A stretch of 64,000 nt of DNA from Gonapodya sp. JEL0774. Taxonomy: Eukaryota. The stretch spans positions 62,001 through 126,000 of the forward strand of contig JADIIX010000027.1 in assembly GCA_027604505.1 (NCBI GenBank), read 5' to 3'. A model generated the notes under the pieces. It saw only the letters and a list, made by a program, of their open reading frames with translations. It had not been told where the DNA came from and ran no database searches. Shown piece by piece: positions 62,547 through 64,000 of the stretch (its first letter is position 1; every line of letters begins with the position of its first letter). The position numbers and the translations under genes were made by a program.

Positions 62547-64000
62547 ATGGGTAACCTTCTTGGGAAGGAAGAGGAAATCGATTACGAAGGAGAAGGTAAG
62601 ACTTCAGTCCCATGGTGGAATCTGGGACGGGACTGCCCCTGGGGTTGGGAACTTCCGATCATCCATGAAATCAAGCGAATTATTGAATGCGCCTCGCATC
62701 TGAAAGCGATAATAAGACAGTGATTGGTGCTTGCATGGTCTGGGACTCACCCCACAAGTTTTCCCTTTGTGGTCTTGCTGATATCCCCTCTTCACCAAAA
62801 CTTCTCGACCATCAAATGTTTCACGTCATTTGGGATTCGACGCATTACTACCTGTCTAGTCGATTTAAACTGGTTCAATCTGCTGCGATGTGTCGGGAAG
62901 GGTGCGTTTGGGAAGGTGAGCAACGAACTCGGATGTTCACACACTGGAAGAGGTGGCGCCGTGCGAACTCGCTGAAAAGGTTCTGGTTCAGCGAATTTCA
63001 CGCTGATGTATGAACAGCTTCTTCGGCGTGCCAACCTTCGGGTCTTCCTATTCGTGGGGAAGGCTGCAAAAGTTGACTGAACTTGATGTTCGTTGTTGGC
63101 ACCGAAATATCTCAACCAGGTCCGAATCGTGGAACGTCGAGACACAAAGCAAATCTACGCGCTCAAGTACATCAACAAATATCAATGCATCAAAATGAAA
63201 GCAGTTCATAACATTCTGCGAGAGCGGGCGCTTCTCGAAGAACTCCAACATCCGTTCCTCGTCAACCTTCGCTACGCATTCCAGGACGATGAAAATATGT
63301 TCATGGTGATCGATCTCATGATGGGAGGAGACTTGCGTTTCCACCTTGATCGGACTGGGGGTTTTACAGAGGCGCAGCTTCGCTTTTACGCTGCCGAAAT
63401 CAGTCTTGTGCTTGCTTACATGCACAAACGGAGAATTGTGCACAGGGACCTGAAGCCAGACAATCGTAAGTCTGTTCGCGTGAGGGTGAACCTTGGGTGG
63501 TGTTGTCATCCGTGGTTTTCCCGAAGTCTTATTGGATGAGCGTGGACATTGCCACATAACGGACTTCAACATAGCTGCTCAATTTGATGAGAGCAAGTTG
63601 CTTAAATCACATAGTGGTACCCTGGCTTATATGGGTAAGTGGGCGTACCTGTCTCTCACTTTTTCATTGCTCTCATACCAACATATCGCTGAACTTGTCA
63701 AGCCCCAGAAGTGTTTGAGTCAAACGGCTATACCTACACAGTAGATTGGTGGAGCTTAGGCGCCTCTTTATATGAATGCTTATACGGACGGGTATGTTTA
63801 GTCCGACCGTATTTGGGCGAAAGCAGCTTATCCCCATGTTCTTCAATGTTAGCGACCATTCCATGGAGTTACCAACGAAGAGCTGACGAACAACATCCGT
63901 ACCAAAACCCTAGAGTTCCCCACCCACAACTTGGTAACGAAAAAATCCCTGAACGTGTCCAAGGACTGCATATCGTTTGTGCAAGGCCTGTTAGAACGCG
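62547..64000 (+). CDS. AGC kinase, STK32/YANK family (3'-truncated)
   Basis: MGN start, FNLLRCVGKGAFGK|VRIVE, YALKYINK, HPFLVNLRYAFQDDENMFMVIDLMMGGDLRFHL, HRDLKPDN, HITDFNIA. Confidence 0.92.

Overview
Intron-rich eukaryotic DNA, most likely a zoosporic (flagellated) fungus, inferred from short GT-AG introns with fungal-type branch sites plus the flagellar/centriolar genes AK7 and SAS-6. It holds about 18 protein-coding loci: AK7 (partial), SAS-6, caleosin, beta-carbonic anhydrase, a dsRBD + OAS-like nucleotidyltransferase-fold gene, a ubiquitin/AN1 zinc-finger gene, a damaged ELO elongase, REV3, NOB1, Ede1/Eps15, ZUP1/Mug105, a CaMK, two tandem nitronate monooxygenases, a SMYD-like SET gene, NOP9 head-to-head with fibrillarin NOP1, and a partial STK32/YANK kinase. 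There is also one tRNA-Leu(AAG). Two signals are not visible in the ORF track. (1) A spliced gene at about 9.3-13.9 kb appears to fuse three dsRNA-binding domains to a 2'-5'-oligoadenylate-synthetase-like fold with a degenerate DxD motif, a candidate fungal dsRNA sensor. (2) The 31.6-33.8 kb region is a non-coding minus-strand host gene whose six introns each carry a box C/D snoRNA, all sharing a non-canonical C'/D' motif. All gene models were spliced by eye, and family and rRNA-target assignments come from recalled motifs, not database searches.
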